Shown: positions 20,598 through 29,482 of the stretch, one piece after another | Position numbering within the stretch: the first letter of the stretch is position 1 | Layout: the number at the start of each line of letters is the position of its first letter | Source: Chitinivibrionales bacterium | Lineage (GTDB): Bacteria; Fibrobacterota; Chitinivibrionia; Chitinivibrionales; FEN-1185 | Assembly (NCBI GenBank): GCA_035516255.1 | Contig: DATJAL010000018.1 | Span: 22,992 to 86,991 of the forward strand | DNA length: 64,000 nucleotides | Direction of reading: 5' to 3' | Notes under the pieces: generated by a model | Told to the model about the DNA's origin: nothing | Seen by the model: only the letters and a program-made list of their open reading frames with translations | Databases searched by the model: none | Position numbers and translations under genes: made by a program

Positions 20598-21571
20598 ACG
20601 ATAAAGAATTATTGTCCGGCTTTCAGCAGGCCGTGGGGAACATCAGGAAAGAGCTGTCAAAACAAATCGTTGGACAGCGCGAGGTGATCAACGATCTTCT
20701 CGCCTGCCTCATCGCCGGCGGCCACTGCCTTCTCATCGGCGTTCCAGGCCTTGCGAAAACCACGCTCATCAGGAGCCTGGGCCAGTGCCTTTCCCTCAAG
20801 TTCAACCGCATCCAGTTCACGCCCGACCTCATGCCGTCCGACATCACCGGCTCGGAGATTCTCCATGAAGACCGTGCCACCGGCCTTCGTGAATTCAGGT
20901 TTGTAAACGGTCCGGTATTCTCCAACATCGTGCTTGCCGACGAGATCAACCGTACGCCGCCTAAAACGCAGTCCGCCCTTTTGCAGGCCATGCAGGAACA
21001 CGAGGTGACCTCATCGGGCGTGACGTTCCCCCTGCCCAGGCCCTTCTGGGTGCTCGCCACCCAGAACCCCATTGAGCAGGAAGGCACTTACCCGCTGCCC
21101 GAGGCGCAGCTGGATAGGTTCATGTTCTCGGTGGAGATCGATTATCCCACCCTTGCAGAAGAGGTGGAAATAGTCCGCACCACCACCATGTCGCGCGCTG
21201 CGGCGATTTCACCGGTGCTTGACACGGCGCAGGTGGAGGCGGTCCGCGAGCTCGTGCTGCGCGTGCCGGTCGCCGACTCGGTGGTGCAGCACGCCGTAAA
21301 GCTCGCACGGTCAACCAGGCCGGACGGCCCGGAATGCCCAAAAGCCATGCAGGAGTTCATCACCTGGGGGGCAGGGCCGCGCGCCTCGCAATACCTTGTT
21401 CTTGCGGCCAAAGCTTATGCCGTACTTGATGCCAGGCCGACGCCCGATACGAGTGATGTAAAGCGCGCCGCGCCGTGCGTTTTAAGGCACCGGATCGTGC
21501 GTTCTTTCCATGCGGAAACAGAAGGGGTAAGCACGAACGAAATTGTGCGTAAATTACTAGAAAACCCGTGA
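20594..21571 (+). CDS. MoxR-family AAA+ ATPase
   Basis: Walker A GVPGLAKT, Walker B VLADEINR, and ATQNPIEQEGTYPLPEAQLDRF. ATGA overlap with the upstream gene. Confidence 0.9.
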   Translation: MNDKELLSGFQQAVGNIRKELSKQIVGQREVINDLLACLIAGGHCLLIGVPGLAKTTLIRSLGQCLSLKFNRIQFTPDLMPSDITGSEILHEDRATGLREFRFVNGPVFSNIVLADEINRTPPKTQSALLQAMQEHEVTSSGVTFPLPRPFWVLATQNPIEQEGTYPLPEAQLDRFMFSVEIDYPTLAEEVEIVRTTTMSRAAAISPVLDTAQVEAVRELVLRVPVADSVVQHAVKLARSTRPDGPECPKAMQEFITWGAGPRASQYLVLAAKAYAVLDARPTPDTSDVKRAAPCVLRHRIVRSFHAETEGVSTNEIVRKLLENP

Positions 21572-21615
21572 TTTTTATCGCTGTAACTGTTTGAATTTTA
21601 TAATGATAAAATACA

Positions 21616-21645
21616 AGAAGGCCGGACGCTCGCGTCTGGCCTTCT
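21616..21645 (+). terminator. GC-rich hairpin downstream of the MoxR-type gene
   Basis: AGAAGGCCGGACG-CTCG-CGTCTGGCCTTCT: 13-bp stem with one G-U pair, 45 nt after the stop. No clear U-tract follows. Confidence 0.45.
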
Positions 21646-21953
21646 GTAGTAAGAAGGGGGCCTCTCGAAGATACGCTGCAATCGCTATTAAACCGCAGGT
21701 TTTATTATACCACCGAAAGGTCGTTTTGTCAAGAGCCGCATTTCTTTCGAATTGCGACAATCCACGATTTACGCAAGGGAAATCTATCAGCTTAATAGTC
21801 CTCAGATAGAGAAGCTAAACTGCGTTGCGACCACATTCCGTTTCGCTAATGTGACCGCAATCACAATACGTGGAAAAACAACAATGTATTTTTTTATCCA
21901 GACGAACTGTTATATTAAGAGTCTGTTCGTTCACTTTTTTAGGGGACTTTCAG

Positions 21954-24900
21954 ATGCGCACTATCAGGTCTTTATCGTTACTTGCCGTTTCTTTTGCCTC
22001 GCTTGTCTTCCTTACCTGCACCGGGCAAGAGAATCCGTTCAAGCCCTCCGATGCAACAGTGACGCCTGAACTTGAAAATTCTGCCGGACAGAGCGGAACC
22101 ACCATTTCCGACAGTGTCGGAAAGCCGGTGAAGATCATCCTTTTGGCCTATCTTCCCTCATATATCGATTCCGTGAAAGTGATTGTTGCCAACACAACCA
22201 CGGCCGACACCGATACGGTCCGTGTTTTTAACAAGGGCACGGTCTGGACCGATACACAGATTGTCAACATTATTTTCAGAACGGCGGGGACCCGTACCGT
22301 CACCATCATTGTTTTCGCGGGCGGCACCGAAAAAACGTCAACGGTCTCAATTGACATTGCGGCAAAACCGGTGCCCAACCATCGTCCGGCGCTGGTGGTC
22401 ACCGGCCTGCTCAATATCACCACCGCACAGACTTGCTCTTTGTCGCTTTCAGTGCGGGACTCCGACACGGGGCAGACGCACCTATTTACTCTTGTCAAGG
22501 GCCCGAAGGGTGCGACCTTCACCGACTCAATCTTCAGATGGACGCCGCCCGCAGGTTTTACCGGCACCGACTCGGCCGTGTTTTCCGTCACGGACAACGG
22601 CGCGCCGCCCCTGTCGGACACGGCGACCGAGTACATTACCGTGAGCGAGTCCCTGTCCCTTCAGATAACCGCTCCGCTGCCGGCGGCCACCAATGTTGCT
22701 CAGGGGGGAAGCACCGCCTTGACGGTCGCCGTGTCCGGCACCGCGCCGATTTCATACCAGTGGTATTATAATGGGGCGGCAATCGGCGGCGCGACCGGCA
22801 ATAGCTATTCAAAGACATGGGGGGCAAGTGATGGTGGGTACTATAAAATAGTGGTGAGCAACGCCAAGGGGAAGGACTCATCAACTACCCAGGTCACGGT
22901 TTGCCCTCGCATAACCGCGGGACTGGGGCCAAGCACCAGCATCGCGATAAACAGCGCCACGGCGCTTTCCGTGACCGCCGCCGGCACACCGCCAATGTCG
23001 TATCAATGGTACCGCAACGACACCGCTATTTCCGGCGCCACCACGGGCAGCTATTCCAAGACCTGGGCCGCAAGCGACGGCGGAGTTTACAAAGTGATAG
23101 TTTCCAACGGCGCAGGAAGCGACTCGTCGGAAACCGCGGTTACCATAAATTCCTCGATCACGACCCCGCTGCCCGGGATAACCGGCGTCAAACAGGGCAG
23201 CAGCTTCGCCCTGTCGGTTGTGGCGACGGGAACGCCGCCAATAACGTATCAATGGTACTACAATAACGTTGTCATCATCGGGGCGACAAGCGCTTCTTAT
23301 TCGAAAACCTGGGGGGCCGGAGACGGCGGAATATATAAGATCGTGGTGACCAACGGCATCGGCAAGGATTCTTCGTCCACCCAATTGATCGTTGCCCCGG
23401 TGATAACGAGTACGCTGGGCGCGACGACGAACATGTCGCAGGGCGGCAATACGGCTCTTTCAGTGTCCGCAACCGGAACCGCACCGTTGAGTTACCAGTG
23501 GTATCTCAACGATGTATCAATTTCCGGCGCGACCCTGAGTGCATACTCAAAAACGTGGGGGGCAACCGACGGCGGAGTTTACAAAGTGATAGTCGGCAAT
23601 GCGGCAGGAAGCGACTCTTCTCATACTACCCTGAATGTGGGGGTGGTGATTTCGCCGCGGCTCGGCGCGAAGACCAGTTTTAACCAGGGTTCGTCCGGCC
23701 AACTGAGCGTCACCGCGACGGGAACGGCGCCGATCACGTACCAATGGTATTTCAATGGAAATCAAATCTCTGGCGCCGCTTCAAGCTCCTACTCCAAAAC
23801 GTGGCAATATGCGGATTCGGGAACCTACAAGGTGATGGCCACGAATGCGGCGGGGACCGATACGTCAAGCACCGTGGTTGCGGTGAAGGATGTGACGCCG
23901 CCCGTGATTATCCTTAAAGGATCTCTGGACACCACAATCGCGATCGGCTCAACCTGGACCGAGCCTGGCGATTCCGCGTGGGATGACAGGGACGGGGTGA
24001 TTACGAACAAGATCAAGGTAACAGGAGGACCGGTTGCTGTATCCGCTTCGGGAAAATTCACACTGGCCTACAACGTTTCCGACACGGCAGGAAATGCGGC
24101 AACAGTAAAGATGAGAACGGTAAGGGTTGTGGGGTGGGAATTGGTGAATAATACCGGAATTACTATTAATAGTTATGATGGATTTGCAATGAAATTGGTG
24201 AACAATAACCTGTATATTGCCTATGTCGATAATAGTGATATCAAAACGTATGTGAAGAAACTCAATGGTAATAGCTGGGATTTAGTTGGCGGGGGGGCGG
24301 TCGACGCATTAGAGGCGAATATGGTGTCTCTGGCGGTTTCGTCAGATGGAACAACACCGTATATAGGGTATGTATCCACTCAAACCAATAAAGCGACAAT
24401 AGTCTCCAGGTTACAGGGCGGTACCTGGCAGACAATTTTTACATCCCAGTATGATTACACGTGGTCAAATTTCGCTGATGTGGAAATTTCTCCAACCGGG
24501 GGAATTTATTTGGTGAATGATCTCTCAAATAACAGCAACCCAGTTATTACTTCCCTGATGAAATACAATACGGTTAGCGGCCAAATGGTGCCGACAGATA
24601 CTCTAAGCGGCGGCATTTACCGAAATTACTATCAAACGGAAAAAGATTACCATGTCCTTGCTTTTGCTTCCGATGGAACCCCATATATTACATATCGCGG
24701 ACCAGGCGGATTCACCATAAAAAAGAAGCCGGGAACATCGTGGATTGGCGCCGGCGCAACCGCCGCGGACAGTATTTTCGATGTTGCTTACTCCGCACCG
24801 TTACAAACTGTCTTTTCAAACAATAACCTGTTTGTTCTGGTTTCAAGTGATGGTGCAAACCCGACCGTGTATAACCTGAAAGCCGGTAGTTGGACCAATC

Positions 24901-25187
24901 TCGGGACAATTACTTCCAGTGGGTCCGTGCAGCCGTGCTTAGCTGCCCTCGGAGATACGTGTTATGTTTCGTATGCCAGTTACCCGGACTATACTGGCGG
25001 TCCTGTTTATGTTAAAAAAATCGTTAATGGCTCCCTTAAAAATGTGCCTGAAGTAAGTCCTGATGGACTCGCTATCGCAGGCACTTTCAATTACTCCTGG
25101 GTTGAAGTTGGCAATGGAATCGTGTATGCTGCGGGAAGGGACCAAAGTTCCGGGGTAATTTCTTTGATGAAATACGTTAAGCAATAA
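21954..25187 (+). CDS. large exported adhesin-like protein: putative-Ig/cadherin-like region, 5 tandem Ig-like repeats, HYR/DUF5011-like Ig domain, AT-richer C-terminal repeat region
   Basis: ATG 21954 is preceded by AGGGGA and gives MRTIRSLSLLAVSFASLVFLTC (lipobox-like). The track start 21870 is less likely. Five repeats each contain (I/M/L)(S/T)YQWY. DVTPPVIILKG...WTEPG..AWDDRDG matches the Ig-like domain type seen in surface proteins. Confidence 0.8.
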   Translation: MRTIRSLSLLAVSFASLVFLTCTGQENPFKPSDATVTPELENSAGQSGTTISDSVGKPVKIILLAYLPSYIDSVKVIVANTTTADTDTVRVFNKGTVWTDTQIVNIIFRTAGTRTVTIIVFAGGTEKTSTVSIDIAAKPVPNHRPALVVTGLLNITTAQTCSLSLSVRDSDTGQTHLFTLVKGPKGATFTDSIFRWTPPAGFTGTDSAVFSVTDNGAPPLSDTATEYITVSESLSLQITAPLPAATNVAQGGSTALTVAVSGTAPISYQWYYNGAAIGGATGNSYSKTWGASDGGYYKIVVSNAKGKDSSTTQVTVCPRITAGLGPSTSIAINSATALSVTAAGTPPMSYQWYRNDTAISGATTGSYSKTWAASDGGVYKVIVSNGAGSDSSETAVTINSSITTPLPGITGVKQGSSFALSVVATGTPPITYQWYYNNVVIIGATSASYSKTWGAGDGGIYKIVVTNGIGKDSSSTQLIVAPVITSTLGATTNMSQGGNTALSVSATGTAPLSYQWYLNDVSISGATLSAYSKTWGATDGGVYKVIVGNAAGSDSSHTTLNVGVVISPRLGAKTSFNQGSSGQLSVTATGTAPITYQWYFNGNQISGAASSSYSKTWQYADSGTYKVMATNAAGTDTSSTVVAVKDVTPPVIILKGSLDTTIAIGSTWTEPGDSAWDDRDGVITNKIKVTGGPVAVSASGKFTLAYNVSDTAGNAATVKMRTVRVVGWELVNNTGITINSYDGFAMKLVNNNLYIAYVDNSDIKTYVKKLNGNSWDLVGGGAVDALEANMVSLAVSSDGTTPYIGYVSTQTNKATIVSRLQGGTWQTIFTSQYDYTWSNFADVEISPTGGIYLVNDLSNNSNPVITSLMKYNTVSGQMVPTDTLSGGIYRNYYQTEKDYHVLAFASDGTPYITYRGPGGFTIKKKPGTSWIGAGATAADSIFDVAYSAPLQTVFSNNNLFVLVSSDGANPTVYNLKAGSWTNLGTITSSGSVQPCLAALGDTCYVSYASYPDYTGGPVYVKKIVNGSLKNVPEVSPDGLAIAGTFNYSWVEVGNGIVYAAGRDQSSGVISLMKYVKQ
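22650..23890 (+). repeat. 5 tandem coding repeats, period ~246-249 bp (82-83 aa Ig-like units)
   Basis: The YQWY-encoding sites recur near 22757, 23005, 23251, 23497 and 23743. Stretches such as ggcggagtttacaaagtgatagt and gcaggaagcgactc are shared between units 2 and 4. Confidence 0.8.
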
Positions 25188-25314
25188 GAGAATCGTTAGC
25201 GACCAAAACAACTATAATCTTGACAACCGGGGTTGCTTTGGAGGCATGTGTGAAATAGTCCCTGCACTTTCTTCTTGGTAAATCTTTACTTGACTTCTGC
25301 ATGATTTACTGCTG

Positions 25315-25345
25315 AAAAAAAGACCCTCTCAAACCAGAAAGGGCC
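25315..25345 (-). terminator. rho-independent-type terminator following the relic CTD fragment
   Basis: Minus-strand RNA GGCCCUUUC-UGGUUU-GAGAGGGUC (9 bp including 2 G-U pairs), followed by U7. Confidence 0.55.
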
Positions 25346-25378
25346 TTTTTCCAATCAAATAAAACGAAACACGGTCGT

Positions 25379-25504
25379 TTACCTGCTGAGCACCAGATCT
25401 CCAGATGCAACGGTCTTCTGGCCTTTGATTCTACATTGGCCTTCGTAAATTGCTTGTTCTCGTTCCGTCTTTGGCCGACAAAACACATTTATGATTGGTT
25501 CTCA
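25379..25504 (-). pseudogene. relic 3' end of a T9SS-CTD gene (paralog of 26478-28019)
   Basis: The frame is open for only 41 codons and has no start. It ends ...YEGQCRIKGQKTVASGDLVLSR*, compared with ...GNYIVRIKGQKTVTSGELVLSR* in the gene at 26478-28019. Confidence 0.45.
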
Positions 25505-26317
25505 TTAAAGCGTATATAATTCCCAATCGAATAGTATCGTATAATGATCCCGCCTTTGATTCCTCATTTTAGGCCCCCCATTAATTAAATTCCCAAAGCC
25601 AGAATCCGCTACTGCTTCAAGAAAAGCATTTCTTGGCATCGGCATGTTATGCGGATTTAATCGATACTCCACTTGTATGCCAATATCGGCCAAATATTGT
25701 TTTATTGCAATAGCTTCAGGTTCATAGTAAGTGGTAATGAGCAAACAACCGTTTTCATGTAAATGCCTTAGTGCCTGCACAAAAATATTTTGCCAGGAAA
25801 AAGAAACGGGGGTGTTGGCAGCCTCAGAATCAGAAATGTTATAATGCATAAAAACTTCAGGATGTCGCATAATGATTATTTCATACGTCCGTTCGAAAGC
25901 CTCCGGATAGGGCCCCTTTCCATCAAATTGCGCCAAATGAATGGTGGTTTTGCCATTATTTACACCTTGAGCATTAGCTATCGGCATGCGATCAAAGGCA
26001 TAAATATGATGGGCAAAATCATGAATAACCTGTAAATCGCTCCCGCTGCCGCACGCTACAACTAAAGCTGTCGTGTTTTCAGGATCAGGTAACGCCCGTC
26101 CCCTAAAAGCATTTATCAAAGTCTGTTTAAACAAGGTTGCAGCCTTTATGCCTGGAGCAATTAAATCCATAAACTCATTATTGGGAAACCCATTATTCAG
26201 GGCTGGGATAACTTTATCCGGATGCTGCCTGATCCATTTTTTAAAATAAGTGACTTGTTGTTTAAATTCAGCTTTTAACGCGTTTTTGAATTGTAATAAA
26301 GAAGATGCGCTCATCAT
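25505..26317 (-). CDS. hypothetical protein, possible class-I SAM-methyltransferase fold; markedly AT-rich gene
   Basis: 270 aa. ALVVACGSGSD (motif-I-like), HIYAFD and ENGCLLITTY resemble Rossmann methyltransferase motifs, but only weakly. A hand count of one 60-nt line gives ~42% GC. Confidence 0.55.
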   Translation of the reverse strand: MMSASSLLQFKNALKAEFKQQVTYFKKWIRQHPDKVIPALNNGFPNNEFMDLIAPGIKAATLFKQTLINAFRGRALPDPENTTALVVACGSGSDLQVIHDFAHHIYAFDRMPIANAQGVNNGKTTIHLAQFDGKGPYPEAFERTYEIIIMRHPEVFMHYNISDSEAANTPVSFSWQNIFVQALRHLHENGCLLITTYYEPEAIAIKQYLADIGIQVEYRLNPHNMPMPRNAFLEAVADSGFGNLINGGPKMRNQRRDHYTILFDWELYTL

Positions 26318-26419
26318 TTTTCCTGGTACTCTGCTAGCAGAAAAACAGGTGTGTTTCCCATAACAATCCCTACTGACGATAAATATATACTTGGTAAATA
26401 TTCTAAGAAACAGCTAAAC

Positions 26420-26451
26420 AAAAAAGGCCCTCTCTTCATAGAGAAGGCCTT
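26420..26451 (-). terminator. rho-independent-type terminator of the gene at 26478-28019
   Basis: Minus-strand RNA AAGGCCUUCUC-UAUGAA-GAGAGGGCCUU (11 bp, one G-U pair), followed by UUUUGUUU. Confidence 0.6.
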
Positions 26452-26477
26452 TACACGCATTTCAAGAAATCTTACTC

Positions 26478-28019
26478 CTACCTGCTGAGTACCAACTCTC
26501 CGGACGTCACGGTCTTCTGTCCCTTGATCCTCACAATGTAATTGCCAGCTTGAACAAGGCTTCCAGAATTGGTCCTGCCGTCCCAGACGATGTGGTTGCT
26601 ACCCGGATTGACGGCAAGCTTGCAGACACTTCTTCCCATAACGTTGAAGACCTCGGCATGCTGCACGGTTTCTCCTTCAGAAAGATTTATCGAAGTGGTG
26701 ATAGACCTGATTCCGCTGCCGGAAACAGAGACTTGAACTATGCCTTGGCGGGAAAGATGCGGATTCTCCCTGACTTCAGTCGAAATTGGCCAAGTAGAGG
26801 CGTCAACAAGCCCTTTTCCGGCGCCGGTTTGCGCGGTCATAAGCGTGGTTATGTCCGCCGCCGTGTAGCCGTAGATGGTTACGAACTTATCAACTATGGC
26901 CGTATTCCATGCGGGATACGCACTACCCGAATGATATTTTTGATCCCTGATCTTAATTGTTGCAGCATGATCAACGGCGCCCGCAAAGGTACCCATCACA
27001 ATGGAACGCTGGTCAGCGCCATCGCTGACACTGCCGCTCCACTGCCCCGGGTCGCCCGCCCACATACAGTCCACTATGCAGAGCTGTGCTTTTGCAGGAT
27101 AGGAAGTGGGAATATTTCCAACGACGTAGTCGCAGGAGTTGACGTACATGAGCGCCCAAATCCCGAGATCGGCGGCAGGACTATCAGAGTTACTGGGATC
27201 TCCACCTGTGTGCCCGAAGTCGATTGTCTGCTTGTTATTCTTCTGGCACATCGTAACGCCGCTGTACTCCCAATAGCGGTCATGGCCCTTGTTAACGGCG
27301 CAGTTCACTAAGATGTCGACTCCGTTGATGCTTGATGTTCCAGAGGCGTTATTCAGATTGCCCGTGAAATTAGGAAGACCGGCCGGAAACTGCACTGTCA
27401 CGCCGCCCGTACCTCCCCCGAAAACAACGCCTGTCGGGATGGGTTTGCCTGCGCCGACATAAGTCGACTTGTTGAAAGGACCGGCGTTACCACCGTCATA
27501 AATACAGATGTTTGCCGGCAGCATACCCTTGCCGATAAGCACGTTGCATACTTTTGCCACAACGGCAACAGACGGAAAAAGACCGGAAAAAGTATTCACC
27601 TTTATCGCAGCTTTTGCCGTTGCCCACGTTTTACTGGACGGAATCTTGAAAATTGTGTTCCATGCGGTAGTAATGTCATGCGTATTTGCAAGCGCGCATG
27701 CCAGCTTGTCCATGTCTGTTGCGACGACTGAGTAATTCACCACCGCATCAGTTGTATTTGCGGCTGGACTGGGATTATTGAATCCATCCCACTGCGGCCA
27801 ATGGTGGTTGGCATTCATCACGGCTTGGTCCGTTATCCACGCGACGCGAAGATTGTCGATATCCTGATTGATCGGCGTCGTGCTGAGGTTCACTAGGGTG
27901 GTGTTGATAGGTGCCGCAGCGGCCTTTTTCGCGCCAGGTCCAATCATGGCCAAGCCGACCGCACTGGCAGCCGATGCCTTCAAGAAGTTTCTCCTACTTT
28001 CCAAGGTTTTCTTGCTCAT
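26478..28019 (-). CDS. Tat-signal DUF362-like protein with T9SS-type CTD
   Basis: Near-perfect twin-arginine motif (ESRRNFLKASAASAVGLA). Core AAIKVNTFSG...ILVNCAVNKGHD aligns with the DUF362 blocks of 31671-32576 (VLKANMG...LINVPTAKSHD) and 33262-34752 (IGIKVNTLGG...LINVPVLKDHA). C-terminal CTD: VFNVMGRSV...VWDGRTNSG...GNYIVRIKG...LVLSR. Confidence 0.8.
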   Translation of the reverse strand: MSKKTLESRRNFLKASAASAVGLAMIGPGAKKAAAAPINTTLVNLSTTPINQDIDNLRVAWITDQAVMNANHHWPQWDGFNNPSPAANTTDAVVNYSVVATDMDKLACALANTHDITTAWNTIFKIPSSKTWATAKAAIKVNTFSGLFPSVAVVAKVCNVLIGKGMLPANICIYDGGNAGPFNKSTYVGAGKPIPTGVVFGGGTGGVTVQFPAGLPNFTGNLNNASGTSSINGVDILVNCAVNKGHDRYWEYSGVTMCQKNNKQTIDFGHTGGDPSNSDSPAADLGIWALMYVNSCDYVVGNIPTSYPAKAQLCIVDCMWAGDPGQWSGSVSDGADQRSIVMGTFAGAVDHAATIKIRDQKYHSGSAYPAWNTAIVDKFVTIYGYTAADITTLMTAQTGAGKGLVDASTWPISTEVRENPHLSRQGIVQVSVSGSGIRSITTSINLSEGETVQHAEVFNVMGRSVCKLAVNPGSNHIVWDGRTNSGSLVQAGNYIVRIKGQKTVTSGELVLSR

Positions 28020-28065
28020 ATCTTTCCCCTCCAGATAAAGTTTTAATATTTATAAACAGTTTTTT

Positions 28066-28656
28066 CTATTGCACTATTATCGAATGAAAGTAATTCATGA
28101 ATGCGCTGGCATCCGGTAACGCAAGACCGCTGGAAGTATACTTTGTAAATTGCATCTCAATATAAAAATTGCTGAAATGACCGTATGCGTAAATCGAAGA
28201 ACCATTATTTGTGTAAAACGCATCGGAAATTAAGTAGGGCGCCAAAGCGGATTCCGGTTCCCATGAACTGCCCTGCACCTTTCCGGCAAATATCGTCTGG
28301 GAATTTGCGGCGGTTCCATATTCAATTACTAGCATCTTGACACGCCCGGTATCCGTTGCTGACATGGCCTTGAACATGAACCTTTGAAATCCTTCTTTAA
28401 GAGTGCTGTTAAGGCATGTGCCGCAGTAGGTACTGCTACCGCCATCCACATAGTTGTAAATTGATGTGTCAACAAAATTGTCCATGCTGTCGGATACCCA
28501 CCCTGCTATTTGATTTGTTATAATAAGACTCGATAAAGGGACTGAGGTAGTTCCAGGCGAGGTCGGCCCGCACAGGGAGAAGTTAAGTCCTAAAAAGCAG
28601 GTTGTACCGAAAAGAGCCAGGAAAAGACCTTTTAATAACCTTCGTTTCATGAACAC
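28066..28656 (-). CDS. small lipoprotein, paralog family member A (unknown function)
   Basis: Signal/lipobox (LGLNFSLCG). Shares IAGWV...IYNYVDGGSSTY and the ending ...IIVQ with 28892-29482. Confidence 0.65.
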   Translation of the reverse strand: MFMKRRLLKGLFLALFGTTCFLGLNFSLCGPTSPGTTSVPLSSLIITNQIAGWVSDSMDNFVDTSIYNYVDGGSSTYCGTCLNSTLKEGFQRFMFKAMSATDTGRVKMLVIEYGTAANSQTIFAGKVQGSSWEPESALAPYLISDAFYTNNGSSIYAYGHFSNFYIEMQFTKYTSSGLALPDASAFMNYFHSIIVQ

Positions 28657-28891
28657 GACCCCCTTTTTGTTAAAATACTGTCTCTTGTAACAAATATAAG
28701 GAATTTAAGCGATTTTTTCAGATAAATCACCAAAACACGGCTTTGCTCTATCAGGTTGCATGAGATATTTCGAGAATATTGTGGTCGATATTGCAACCCC
28801 AGCCAAACTATTTCAACAATTAATATAGATTAAAATAATCACTTACTGTCAAAATTGAGCATATTTTTCTTAAAAAATCAAAGGCCTTTTT

Positions 28892-29482
28892 TTATTGGAC
28901 AATTGCCTTGTATGTATCCAAAAACTTCAAGGCCTCTGGAACAGCAATGGTGGAAATTTGAGAAACCGTAAAACCCATGACATAAAATTCAAAATATAAT
29001 GCGCCGAATGTGGCGTATACATGGATGCCTCCGCCGACCACTGATGCCTGTGCTTCATTATCGGAATATTGGCCAAGGGTGACCTTAGTTGTAATATTTA
29101 CCGCGACTTGTGCGTCATACAAGGCCTTGGCTTTTGCCGTTGTGCCATAGTTATGGACATATCCGTTGAATGCATAATCACCATTGAGCGGTGAAGCAGT
29201 TGGCCCCCCATTCATTTTTTCATGGAACCATGAGACAAGACCAGAGTCTTTATACACCTGGGCCGGGCCATCGATGTAGTTAAAGAGGCTTTCGGGAGGA
29301 TATTGGACAAAATGGCTACTCGAATCCGGGACCCAGCCTGATATTTGTGAAGTAAAATAAAGGTCTTGCAGCTTGGTCTGCGGATTTGTTCCTTTATCGC
29401 CGCAATTCCATACCAGAGCAACGCAGACAATAATAAATATTGTAATTCCGCCCCAATACTGGATTTTTCGAGAATTATTCAT
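28892..29482 (-). CDS. small lipoprotein, paralog family member B (unknown function)
   Basis: Lipobox-like ALVWNCG. ISGWV...LFNYIDGPAQVY. Same length (196 aa) and same C-terminal ..IVQ as member A. Confidence 0.65.
   Translation of the reverse strand: MNNSRKIQYWGGITIFIIVCVALVWNCGDKGTNPQTKLQDLYFTSQISGWVPDSSSHFVQYPPESLFNYIDGPAQVYKDSGLVSWFHEKMNGGPTASPLNGDYAFNGYVHNYGTTAKAKALYDAQVAVNITTKVTLGQYSDNEAQASVVGGGIHVYATFGALYFEFYVMGFTVSQISTIAVPEALKFLDTYKAIVQ

Noticed and set aside
21591-22069. Short ORFs (21591-21809 +, 21752-22069 +, 21575-21760 -) in the 380-nt region upstream of the adhesin gene.
   Set aside because: They overlap each other and the terminator hairpin, have no motifs and have AT-rich intergenic composition. 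The region is more plausibly a promoter/5'UTR region for 21954-25187.
22650-23890. Regularly spaced ~246-bp repeats that could superficially suggest a repeat array or CRISPR-like periodicity (likewise 7550-9410).
   Set aside because: The repeats are in-frame coding units of Ig/PKD-like domains within long ORFs. The period is far larger than CRISPR repeats, there are no unique spacers, and no cas genes are present.
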